The notes under the pieces are model-generated. The model made no database searches and was not told the origin of the DNA. It saw only the letters and a list, made by a program, of their open reading frames with translations. Positions 50,321 through 58,940 of a DNA stretch of 64,000 nucleotides are shown piece after piece. The position numbers and the translations under genes were made by a program. The DNA is from Candidatus Latescibacterota bacterium. Its GTDB lineage: Bacteria > Latescibacterota > UBA2968 > UBA8231. Location of the stretch: NCBI GenBank assembly GCA_965248265.1, contig CBDFJF010000001.1, forward strand, positions 2,912,001 through 2,976,000. Reading direction: 5' to 3'. Numbering within the stretch: the first letter of the stretch is position 1; the number at the start of each line of letters is the position of its first letter.

Positions 50321-50967
50321 GGGTATTCATCCCGAAAATCCGACGTATGTTAATCAATATAATATAGATGTACGTCCGTTTGTTGTCAATTTGGGCGGCC
50401 GTGTCCTTCCAGTTTCGTGTAGTGTCATAACATATTGTAAATATATGAATTTAAAGAAACACCTTCTAAATGATGATGAACAAGAGGTTGTCCCTGGATT
50501 CGTTTGTTTCCACAGGTTGACTGCGGAGGTTCTTTATCCACAATCCATTGTTCTAGAATTATCTATCTGTTCTTGGTTTTGTACGTACTCGTTCTAGTCG
50601 GTCTTGTTGATATGTTGAGAATTCTTGTCCGCAACCGGAGTATAGTTTTTAAGTTATTGTTTTATATATAATTAAACTACGATAACAGAATCACACATGG
50701 AATCACAGAGTGTTGATAACCGGGCGTGTGGCACTAGGTTCAGGCCACTTTCGAACACGATTCCGGGCGTGAGGGGTTATCCACACTTATATCCACACCA
50801 TCCAAGCTCCCGTTGACATGCACAATCGAGAAAAATGTGGATAAGTTTATTCTGATACGAAATCCGCTAATCGAAAGACGTTTGTGGGCATGGGAGCATA
50901 CCCCTGGAGGTGATTGAGTAGTAGAGGCGGTTTCCGCAGACGGATGACGGGCACCGCCTGCGGGTAG
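50321..50967. other. Replication origin oriC
   Basis: dnaA-dnaN intergenic; perfect DnaA boxes at 50534, 50777, 50836 plus near matches; AT-rich tracts about 50345-50470 and 50640-50680. Confidence 0.88.
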
Positions 50968-52473
50968 CTACTGCTGCGGGGTTTGCTGAAGAAGCTCCGA
51001 CAAGCTGTCGACGACGCGCGCGAATTCGGTATCTTCGTCGCACTTCTTTTCGACTGTCTGCACGGCATGGATGACGGTGCTGTGGTCGCGGTTACCGAAA
51101 TGTAATCCGATAACCTTCAAGGGGCTCTTCGTCAATCGCTTGGCCAGAAACATGGCGATCTGCCTTGGAGTGGCCACTTCCTGCTTGCGGGTTTTGCCTA
51201 TCAACAGCTCCAGGGTCAGGTTGAAATGTTCAGCCACTACTCTTTGTATGCCCTCGATGCTGAGGTGGGCTGACTCCGGCGGAACTCTTTCCTGCACGAT
51301 TTTGCGCGCCGCGTCGACGTTGAGTTCGACCTGGTTAACGGCGCAATACGCCATGATATGGTTTAGGGTGCCTTCGAGTTCGCGGATGTTGGAGCTGATA
51401 TAGTTGCCGAGAAAATTGGCGACTTCCTCGGTCAGATGAATCCCGTTGATCTCCGCCTTTTGGTGCAAGATGGCGATACGGGTCTCAAGATCCGGTGGTT
51501 CGATGCTGGTCACCAACCCCCACTGAAAGCGGGATATGAGCCGCTCTTCCAGTCCCTCCAATTCGCCGGGTGGACTGTCGCAGGTCATGGCGATCTGTTT
51601 GCCGTTCTGGTGCAGCGCATTGAAGGTGTGAAAGAACTCGTTCTGCGTATGCTCGCCTTTGAGCAGGAATTGGATGTCGTCGACGAGCAGGAGATCCGCG
51701 CTGCGGTAGAGTCGCTGAAACTCAGCCGTGTTGCGGGTCTTCAGCGATTCGATGAAATCGCTCATGAACTTCTCGGACGGTACGTAGGCCACAGTCAGTC
51801 CGCTCTGCTGGGATAGAGCATAATGGCCGATCGCCTGCAGCAGGTGGGTCTTACCCAGGCCCACGCCTCCGTAAATAACCAGGGGATTGAACTGGGTGCG
51901 GCCGGGAGACTTGGCCGCCGCAGAGGCGGCGGCATGGGCGAAACGATTACCCTCACCGACCACAAACGAGTCGAAGGTATAGCGGACATTGAGTGGTGTG
52001 AAAGGCAACCGGCTGGACCAGGTCTCTGCATCGGATGCCGGTGGCGTCGAGGTCGGCACCGACCTGACTGGAGCTGGATCTGGTTCCGGTCTTGCAGCCG
52101 ACTCACGCTCGGCAACTTGTGTTGCCACTCGCGTGTCGGCGGCGATTGTGATCGGTACCTGGCTAACGGCCAGAGTTCCCGCTCTGGCAGCGGGGGCGGC
52201 TACCGCCGGTTGTGCGGGACCGTCATCCGCTACCGCGAAGGTGATTCGGGGGGTGAGGCTGGTTTCCTGATCGACAGCGCGTTGTATGAGGTCTATGTAG
52301 GTGCTTTCGACCCAGTCTGCAAAGTAGGAGCTCGAGACTTCGATTTCCAGAATGTCCGCGTCGAAGCGGAGCGCCTTGGTGGGACGAAACCAGGTGTTGA
52401 AGCTTTGGGGGCGCATCTGACGCTCGATGTTCAGCAGACATCTGGCCCATAGTTCCTGGGAGTCATGGGGCAT
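50968..52473 (-). CDS. dnaA: Chromosomal replication initiator DnaA
   Basis: GGVGLGKTHL, LLVDDIQF, RLISRF, RDHSTVIHA. Confidence 0.98.
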   Translation of the reverse strand: MPHDSQELWARCLLNIERQMRPQSFNTWFRPTKALRFDADILEIEVSSSYFADWVESTYIDLIQRAVDQETSLTPRITFAVADDGPAQPAVAAPAARAGTLAVSQVPITIAADTRVATQVAERESAARPEPDPAPVRSVPTSTPPASDAETWSSRLPFTPLNVRYTFDSFVVGEGNRFAHAAASAAAKSPGRTQFNPLVIYGGVGLGKTHLLQAIGHYALSQQSGLTVAYVPSEKFMSDFIESLKTRNTAEFQRLYRSADLLLVDDIQFLLKGEHTQNEFFHTFNALHQNGKQIAMTCDSPPGELEGLEERLISRFQWGLVTSIEPPDLETRIAILHQKAEINGIHLTEEVANFLGNYISSNIRELEGTLNHIMAYCAVNQVELNVDAARKIVQERVPPESAHLSIEGIQRVVAEHFNLTLELLIGKTRKQEVATPRQIAMFLAKRLTKSPLKVIGLHFGNRDHSTVIHAVQTVEKKCDEDTEFARVVDSLSELLQQTPQQ

Positions 52474-52514
52474 TGTGAATTCGACGTAGGTGTAATGAGG
52501 GGAGAGGGGGCTGG

Positions 52515-52543
52515 ATGTTAGCGAACACGAGTGCTTCCGTCAA
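52515..52543 (-). promoter_or_regulatory. Putative sigma70 promoter for dnaA
   Basis: TTGACG-N17-TAACAT on the minus strand. Confidence 0.6.
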
Positions 52544-52623
52544 GACTTCACCTGAGGAAATTTTGAGTTTATGGTATGGACCCGCACAACTGGAGAAACC
52601 AACCCGCGCACCGGACCGATTGA

Positions 52624-52652
52624 TTGACAGGTTTCTCGACAACCGTTAAATT
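52624..52652 (+). promoter_or_regulatory. Putative sigma70 promoter for the rpmH operon
   Basis: TTGACA-N17-TAAATT. Confidence 0.7.
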
Positions 52653-52695
52653 GGTTGGCTCGAGAATCTTACCGAATCGATGAAAGACAACAGCG

Positions 52696-52830
52696 TTGAA
52701 ACGGACCTTTCAACCCAGTAATCGCAAACGCCGGAACAAACACGGGTTTCGCAAACGCATGCGCACACCGGCCGGTCGAGCGATTATCGCACGCCGCCGC
52801 CGCAAGGGCCGCAAACGCCTGGCTGTGTGA
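52696..52830 (+). CDS. rpmH: 50S ribosomal protein L34 (not in ORF track)
   Basis: TTG start; [44 protein letters not shown]. Confidence 0.97.
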   Translation: MKRTFQPSNRKRRNKHGFRKRMRTPAGRAIIARRRRKGRKRLAV

Positions 52831-52850
52831 GCGCGCGCGCTGATACGTGA

Positions 52851-53132
52851 GTGAACGGGAAACGCAGGGGCTGGGTCAAGGGATCGAACCTTTGGATCCG
52901 TCCGGGGGGCGACCCTCCCGGCCTGGTCATGGCCGTCAGGAGGTCCCTCGGCAAAGCCGTGCTGCGCAACCGCCTCAAACGACGTTTGCGAGTTGCCTAC
53001 CGCCACTGCTGCCCTGACCCAACTGACATAGTCATATTTCCTCAGCCCGGAGCCGTCCTGGCTGCGTTTTCGCAGCTGGAGCTCGAATTCAGAGGGCTTG
53101 TGCGCAGACTGTCCGAGAGTGGAGATACATGA
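52851..53132 (+). CDS. rnpA: RNase P protein component (short)
   Basis: GKAVLRNRLKRRLR motif; synteny with rpmH and yidD. Confidence 0.85.
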   Translation: MNGKRRGWVKGSNLWIRPGGDPPGLVMAVRRSLGKAVLRNRLKRRLRVAYRHCCPDPTDIVIFPQPGAVLAAFSQLELEFRGLVRRLSESGDT

Positions 53133-53338
53133 GGCACGTACTTATTTGGCTCGTGCGCGTGTACCGGGCTTGTCTGTCGCCCTACTTGCCTCCAGCCTGT
53201 CGGTTTCATCCCACCTGTTCCGAATACGCCATCAGGTCCCTTGAAGCGCACGGAGCGCTCACAGGATCGGCCAGAGCGGTGCGGCGCCTGTTGCGCTGTC
53301 ATCCCTTTGGCGGACACGGCTACGACCCGGTCGACTGA
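53129..53338 (+). CDS. yidD: Membrane protein insertion efficiency factor
   Basis: CRFHPTCSEY, RCHPF...GYDPV. Confidence 0.95.
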   Translation: MRHVLIWLVRVYRACLSPYLPPACRFHPTCSEYAIRSLEAHGALTGSARAVRRLLRCHPFGGHGYDPVD

Positions 53339-53343
53339 ATCAC

Positions 53344-55101
53344 ATGGAAGAAAAGAGAACCATAATAGCATTCGTCTTGATCGGGCTCATTTTGCTGCTC
53401 ATGCCCTATTACTACGAGTTGACGGGGGTTGCACCGACGGCTCCCCCGATCTCCGAAGAGGCTGAGCAATCAACTCAGAAGGAGCGCGAAAGGGAACCCG
53501 TACCCAGAGAGCCCCAGGCCGAAGGACTACTGCCGTCACGGAGTGAAGAGCCGACCGGAGGGGTTCTGGCGCAGCAAGAGGAAACAGCACCATCGTCGGC
53601 TTCTGACGAGGCGGTGTTCGTTCCCAGAAAAGTCAACGTCACGACCCCGCTCCAGGAGTTGGTGTTTTCCTCCTCCGGGGGCAGTCTGGTGTCGGCACGA
53701 CTCCTCAATTTTGACCGCGAGGCGGGCGAGCCGGTCGAGCTGGTACCGTTTGGAACCAGCCAACTGACCACAAGAGTTCGCTCTGAGACATCCGACCGAG
53801 AACTCGACCTGAGTCAAGTCGAATTCGCCGCGGATACTGAGACCATCCGACTGCAGTCTGGTCAAACCGGACAACTGCGCATGGTGGCCGACCTGGGTGG
53901 AGGAAGGAAGCTGGAAAAAACCTTTCGTTTCGACGCCGACCAACACGCTTTTGACCTGACCATCACCTGTAGTGGCTGCACCGACCAGGAATTGCTGTTC
54001 ATCAATTGGCAGCAAGGGATCAATCGCGCCGAGAAGAACCATGGCGTCGACCTGGCCGGCGCCCGCGTCATGGCCTATGTGAATGAGAGCAAGGAGGAGC
54101 TTTTCGGCGAGGACGAGCTGCAGGAGTTCGAGACCAGGGGCAACCTCAAGTGGGCAGCAGTACGCAACAAGTATTTTCTGTGTGCAGTGGTGCCCAGAAA
54201 TGACGAGCGACACTGGGTGGAGCTCAGCTCAAAAGCCGGGTACGTCGACACCTATGGCAACAGCGCGGATCGCTCGCGTGGATATGACTGGCCGGAGTTG
54301 AACTTCAGCGTCGGCGGCAGAGGTCGTTCACTGGCAACCATCGTTTACCTGGGTCCTCTTGATCTCGAGCAACTCGAAGGGTTTGGTCTAGAGCTCGAAA
54401 TGTCTATGGATCTCGGCTTCCCAGTGGTAAGAGATATAGCGCGCGTGTTGTTGCTGGTCTTCGTCGCCGCGCATGAGTACGTGCCGAACTACGGCATGCT
54501 CATCGTCCTCTTCGCCCTCGTGGTCAAGATTCTCGTCTATCCCTTGACGCACAAGTCGTATGAGTCAGCCTCCAAGATGCAGGCGATTCAACCCAAGGTC
54601 ACGGCCCTGCGGGAGAAATTCAAGAACGACAGCCAACGATTGAGCAAGGAGACGATGGCCCTCTACAAGGAGGAGGGAGTCAATCCCATAGGAGGCTGCC
54701 TGCCCCTGCTTTTGCAGATGCCGATATTCATTGCGCTCTATCAGGTCTTCAGCAACACGATCGAGCTCAGGCACGCCCCATTTGTCGGGTGGATCGACGA
54801 CCTATCGGTCCCCGATGAGTTGATGGTGATGGGGTTTGCTCTTCACGTGCTGCCGCTGCTGATGTCGGCCGCCATGTTCTTCCAATCGAAGATGACGATG
54901 AAGGACCCCAAGCAGGCCATGCTCGTGTACATGATGCCGGCGGTCATGATCTTCATCATGTGGGACTTTTCATCTGGTCTGGTTCTTTACTGGACCGTGT
55001 TCAATGTACTGACCATCGGACAGCAGTACCTGACGAATCACCTGCGCAATACACCCCAACCGGTGAGCGTTCAGCCTCCTCCCAAGAAACGCTCCAAATA
55101 G
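53344..55101 (+). CDS. yidC: Membrane protein insertase YidC
   Basis: NPIGGCLPLLLQMPIFIALY, GLVLYW. Confidence 0.96.
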   Translation: MEEKRTIIAFVLIGLILLLMPYYYELTGVAPTAPPISEEAEQSTQKEREREPVPREPQAEGLLPSRSEEPTGGVLAQQEETAPSSASDEAVFVPRKVNVTTPLQELVFSSSGGSLVSARLLNFDREAGEPVELVPFGTSQLTTRVRSETSDRELDLSQVEFAADTETIRLQSGQTGQLRMVADLGGGRKLEKTFRFDADQHAFDLTITCSGCTDQELLFINWQQGINRAEKNHGVDLAGARVMAYVNESKEELFGEDELQEFETRGNLKWAAVRNKYFLCAVVPRNDERHWVELSSKAGYVDTYGNSADRSRGYDWPELNFSVGGRGRSLATIVYLGPLDLEQLEGFGLELEMSMDLGFPVVRDIARVLLLVFVAAHEYVPNYGMLIVLFALVVKILVYPLTHKSYESASKMQAIQPKVTALREKFKNDSQRLSKETMALYKEEGVNPIGGCLPLLLQMPIFIALYQVFSNTIELRHAPFVGWIDDLSVPDELMVMGFALHVLPLLMSAAMFFQSKMTMKDPKQAMLVYMMPAVMIFIMWDFSSGLVLYWTVFNVLTIGQQYLTNHLRNTPQPVSVQPPPKKRSK

Positions 55102-55104
55102 AGC

Positions 55105-56469
55105 TTGCCCCCCAACACCACAATCGTCGCGATCACCACGCCCTCAGGCAGTGGCGGAGTCGGCATGATCAGATTGAGTGGCCCCGACGCAGTGGCCATA
55201 GGCCGACTGATCTTCCGTAGCGACAGCCCGTTGGGTGATCGCATTAGACATGTAGAGTTCGGCCGCGCCCTCAACTCCAAGCAAGAGGACATCGACGGCG
55301 GCCTTGCCTGGGTCCTCAAGGGTCCCAAGTCCTACACGGGTGAGGACACTGTGGAGATTAGCACGCACGGTAGCGCTGTCGTTCTCGAAAGTCTGGTGGA
55401 TGCCGCCATCGCCGCGGGGGCAACGATGGCCCAACCGGGTGAGTTTACCCGCCGTGCGTTCGTGAATGGCAATATCGACCTGATGCAAGCCGAAGCCGTC
55501 GTCGATTTGATACAGTCCGAAAGTCGGGGAAGCATGTCAGCGGCCTACTCCGCATCCAGCGGACGCCTTTCAAAGCAAATCCATCAGATCAAGGAAATGG
55601 TTGTGCAGGCGCTTTCCTGGATCGAGGTCGGTCTCGATTTCGTTGATGAAGACATCGAGCCAATCCAGCAGCGCAGAACCATGAATCTGCTGGCAGACGC
55701 ACAAGCACTAATAGACACGCTGGTAGCAACATTCGAGGGCACCAGACGAAGATTGGAAGGGAACGCACTCGTCTTGCTCGGGAAGCCAAATGCAGGCAAA
55801 TCAACCCTGTTGAACGCCCTGGTTGGCGAAGATCGGGCGATTGTAGCCAGTGCGCCCGGCACGACCCGGGACACGGTGGAGGCTCGTGCAATCTGGGGCG
55901 GCGAAACCGTACGTCTCATTGACACCGCGGGTATTCGAGCCGACGAAAAGGACCCCGTGGAGCAGGAAGGGATAGATCGCACGTGGCAAGCTGCTGGCGA
56001 TGCGGATTGCGTTCTCGTAGTCCTGGATTGCACCAGACCCTGGGATAAAACAGATTCAGAGATGATCTCCCGCCTGAACGGAACGCCGGTCATCCTTGTC
56101 ATCAACAAGTGCGATCTACAAAACGAGATGGCAGTGCCGTCCCAAGAATCAAAAGGGTACAAGGTGTTTGAGGTTTCTGCGCAGCAAGGAATCGGCCTGG
56201 AACAACTAAGCGAAGCCACGGCACAACAGCTGTCTGAGACACGGAATCACCAAAGCATTGGCCTGACGCGACAACGACACCACGACCTGCTGACTCGCGC
56301 CGGAAGCAGCGTAAGCGAGGCGATAAAGTTGATGGAACAGCACGGCCTGCCGGAGTGTTCGAGCGCGGCGCTCAGGGAGGGCCTACAGGCGCTCGGCGAG
56401 ATGCTTGGGGAGAACGCGGACGAGGCGATTCTGGACCAGATATTCTCGGAATTCTGCATTGGCAAGTGA
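55105..56469 (+). CDS. mnmE: tRNA modification GTPase MnmE
   Basis: PGEFTRRAF, GKPNAGKS, GTTRD, DTAG, NKCD, FCIGK. Confidence 0.97.
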   Translation: MPPNTTIVAITTPSGSGGVGMIRLSGPDAVAIGRLIFRSDSPLGDRIRHVEFGRALNSKQEDIDGGLAWVLKGPKSYTGEDTVEISTHGSAVVLESLVDAAIAAGATMAQPGEFTRRAFVNGNIDLMQAEAVVDLIQSESRGSMSAAYSASSGRLSKQIHQIKEMVVQALSWIEVGLDFVDEDIEPIQQRRTMNLLADAQALIDTLVATFEGTRRRLEGNALVLLGKPNAGKSTLLNALVGEDRAIVASAPGTTRDTVEARAIWGGETVRLIDTAGIRADEKDPVEQEGIDRTWQAAGDADCVLVVLDCTRPWDKTDSEMISRLNGTPVILVINKCDLQNEMAVPSQESKGYKVFEVSAQQGIGLEQLSEATAQQLSETRNHQSIGLTRQRHHDLLTRAGSSVSEAIKLMEQHGLPECSSAALREGLQALGEMLGENADEAILDQIFSEFCIGK

Positions 56470-56486
56470 GTTTTGAACAAGCAAGG

Positions 56487-56502
56487 TGTTCCACGTGGAA
56501 CA
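56487..56502. promoter_or_regulatory. parS site
   Basis: Perfect palindrome TGTTCCACGTGGAACA. Confidence 0.92.
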
Positions 56503-56538
56503 GGCCTGATGGGGCTCAGCCAGATCGTCTCCCAGCAA

Positions 56539-56554
56539 TGTTCCACGTGGAACA
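56539..56554. promoter_or_regulatory. parS site
   Basis: Perfect palindrome TGTTCCACGTGGAACA. Confidence 0.92.
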
Positions 56555-56596
56555 TATCATCGTATAACCGCTTTTCCACCTTGCTCCGGCCGTGTC

Positions 56597-57277
56597 GTGA
56601 CTGAAGATCCGATTCCTGAAGGATTGCAGCGTGACACATCCATTTTTTTGGAGCGCCTTCCCGGGCTGTGTCCGGAGGCGACGCCAACCCAGCTGACAGA
56701 GTGGGGCCAGCAGCTGTCTCACTACGTCTCATTGCTGTATGTCTGGTCGGGCCGCACCAACCTGGTGTCAGCACGCGATCGTCTGAGTCTTGCCTCTCGC
56801 CACCTGCTCCCATCGCTGGCCATGCGAAAGGTCATACTTGGGATTCCACACCAGATCGTCGCCGACTTGGGTTCGGGCTCTGGTCTTCCGGGCGTACCGC
56901 TGAAAATCAGTCTGCCGGGCACGGCATTTCAACTGATTGAAGCGAGGCGACGTCGGGCGAATTTCCTCCGGGAGGTAACCCGAAAGCTGGACCTCAATCC
57001 GGTCGAGGTAGTCAACAGTCGAGTGGAAGATTGGGCGTGCCCGGAAGCCGCACGTCCGGACGTAATAGTGTCGAGGGCGACCATGGCCCAGGATCAATTG
57101 GTGCGTTGCTGTGCTGGGTTCCTGCGCCCAGGTGGCAGTGTGTTGTTCACCTTGCCCACTGACGCCACGTCGAATGCGCATGACCCGGGCTCGTCTCGGA
57201 TCGTTGACACTGGAGTGTTGGATTCGGAAGGACGAAGCATCCGCATCGGTGTGTTGAGGCCGCGCGCGCGCGCTTGA
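56597..57277 (+). CDS. rsmG: 16S rRNA m7G527 methyltransferase
   Basis: TNLVS, DLGSGSGLPGVPL, IEARRRRANFL, VSRA. Confidence 0.92.
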   Translation: MTEDPIPEGLQRDTSIFLERLPGLCPEATPTQLTEWGQQLSHYVSLLYVWSGRTNLVSARDRLSLASRHLLPSLAMRKVILGIPHQIVADLGSGSGLPGVPLKISLPGTAFQLIEARRRRANFLREVTRKLDLNPVEVVNSRVEDWACPEAARPDVIVSRATMAQDQLVRCCAGFLRPGGSVLFTLPTDATSNAHDPGSSRIVDTGVLDSEGRSIRIGVLRPRARA

Positions 57278-57303
57278 TTCTCCGGTGCCAGCAGGCGTTT
57301 GGA

Positions 57304-57452
57304 TTATCCACAACTTTCCACGCGGCAAATGTGGAAAGCTTTAGGCGCATGTGTTTTCAGGGCAAACCTGTTATTTAACAATAAGTTACGCCGTAAAATG
57401 TGTGACTGGATCAGTCTTTCGCCAGAGCAATCGATTCAGCATTTGTGGAAAA
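57304..57452. promoter_or_regulatory. Small DnaA-box cluster
   Basis: TTATCCACA 57304; TGTGGAAAG 57330; TGTGGAAAA 57444; AT-rich core. Confidence 0.55.
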
Positions 57453-57561
57453 CCTGCTTCGGAGTTACTGGACCCCTTGCCGAGCCAACTAAAAGGCCCA
57501 TATATTCTACTGGCCTGGTTGGGGTTGCAGGCGGTCACTCCATTAGAAGTGTAGGCTCTGG

Positions 57562-58161
57562 ATGATTGGAAATCATCTGAAATCATCGGTGAATCTGGTG
57601 CTGCGGCCTTTGGCGCGGGCATTCATACGAATCGGATTCCGTCCTGACTGGCTCACACTCATAGGGCTGCTGTTGAGCATCGTGGCAACCGCCGCCTTCG
57701 CCACGGGCTATTTGCGTTGGGGGGCTGCAATCATGTTGCTGGGAGGCGTGTGCGACACCCTGGACGGACAGGTTGCCAGAGAGGGTCGATCGGAGACCAA
57801 ATTCGGAGCTCTGCTGGACTCAACCACTGACAGGTATTCGGAGATTTTTCTGTACTTCGGAATAGGTGCTTATCTGGTTCGTCAGGGAGAGTGGTTGGCA
57901 AGCGGGGTCTTGTTTTTCGCATTGGCGGGGTCACTGATGGTCAGTTATGTCCGCGCTCGCGCAGAGGGCTTGGGCGAAGACTGTCGTGTCGGTTTCATGC
58001 AACGCCCCGAGCGGATAGTAGCGCTCGCCCTTGGTGCGCTCTATGGCCATGAAGGGCTCATATTCATTCTTGTCATTCTCGCCGTAACCACGAATTTCAC
58101 GGTCATAGAACGACTCGCTCACATCCGCAACAAACTGAAATCCAGTTCCGCTTCGGCCTGA
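57562..58161 (+). CDS. CDP-alcohol phosphatidyltransferase
   Basis: DTLDGQVAR...FGALLDSTTDR signature; SYVRARAEGLG. Confidence 0.92.
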   Translation: MIGNHLKSSVNLVLRPLARAFIRIGFRPDWLTLIGLLLSIVATAAFATGYLRWGAAIMLLGGVCDTLDGQVAREGRSETKFGALLDSTTDRYSEIFLYFGIGAYLVRQGEWLASGVLFFALAGSLMVSYVRARAEGLGEDCRVGFMQRPERIVALALGALYGHEGLIFILVILAVTTNFTVIERLAHIRNKLKSSSASA

Positions 58162-58256
58162 ATCCGCATCGCTTTTAACCCGCTTAAAAGATACTCCAAC
58201 ATGTCGACGCCTGCGTCCGGGCTTTTCAGATATGCCGTTACTACCGGTGGTTGATA

Positions 58257-58901
58257 ATGCATCGTGCACTGTTCATTGTTTTTGAAGGCATCGACGGAGC
58301 AGGAACCACAACACAGAGTGAGTTGCTTGTTACCTTGATACAGGATATGGGGTTTGAAGTCGTTCACACGCGAGAACCCGGAGGTACTCCACTTGGTGAA
58401 CGCATTCGCGAGGTTCTCTTGGATCCGACCGCTAATGGTCTCGACGGCATGGCCGAGTTGATGCTATGTGTTGCCAGTCGTCGTCACCATGTGAGAACCC
58501 ATATTGTACCGTCGTTGAAGGCTGATAAGCCCGTAATATGCGCCCGATATACGGCGTCATCCGTAGCCTACCAGGGACATGGACGAGGGGTCGATCTGGA
58601 CACTGTAAGGCAGCTCAATGCAATGGCGACGGAGAAATGCCATCCGGATTTGACCATTTTCATCAATCTGCCGTTGGCGGAAGCCAATAAGCGGGTGCAA
58701 GAGCGGCCGATAAACGCCGATAGGCTGGATTCAGAGCCCGATGACTTCAAACGCCGGGTCGTGGATGGCTACCGTTTAGTGGCTGTGCAGGAACCAGAAA
58801 GCTCATTCGTCGTCGATGGGACAGACCCACCAGGGGTCATACACGAAAAGGTGCGAGCAGAGTTAGTCAGTAGGTGGCCAACATTTCCATTCCGAGCATA
58901 A
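58257..58901 (+). CDS. tmk: Thymidylate kinase
   Basis: FEGIDGAGTTTQ, TREPGG, SSVAYQG, PDLTI; P-loop Lys replaced by Thr and DRY replaced by ARY. Confidence 0.88.
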   Translation: MHRALFIVFEGIDGAGTTTQSELLVTLIQDMGFEVVHTREPGGTPLGERIREVLLDPTANGLDGMAELMLCVASRRHHVRTHIVPSLKADKPVICARYTASSVAYQGHGRGVDLDTVRQLNAMATEKCHPDLTIFINLPLAEANKRVQERPINADRLDSEPDDFKRRVVDGYRLVAVQEPESSFVVDGTDPPGVIHEKVRAELVSRWPTFPFRA

Positions 58902-58940
58902 ATCAGAAACAACACTGAGATGGTCCAGGGACGTTCGAAC

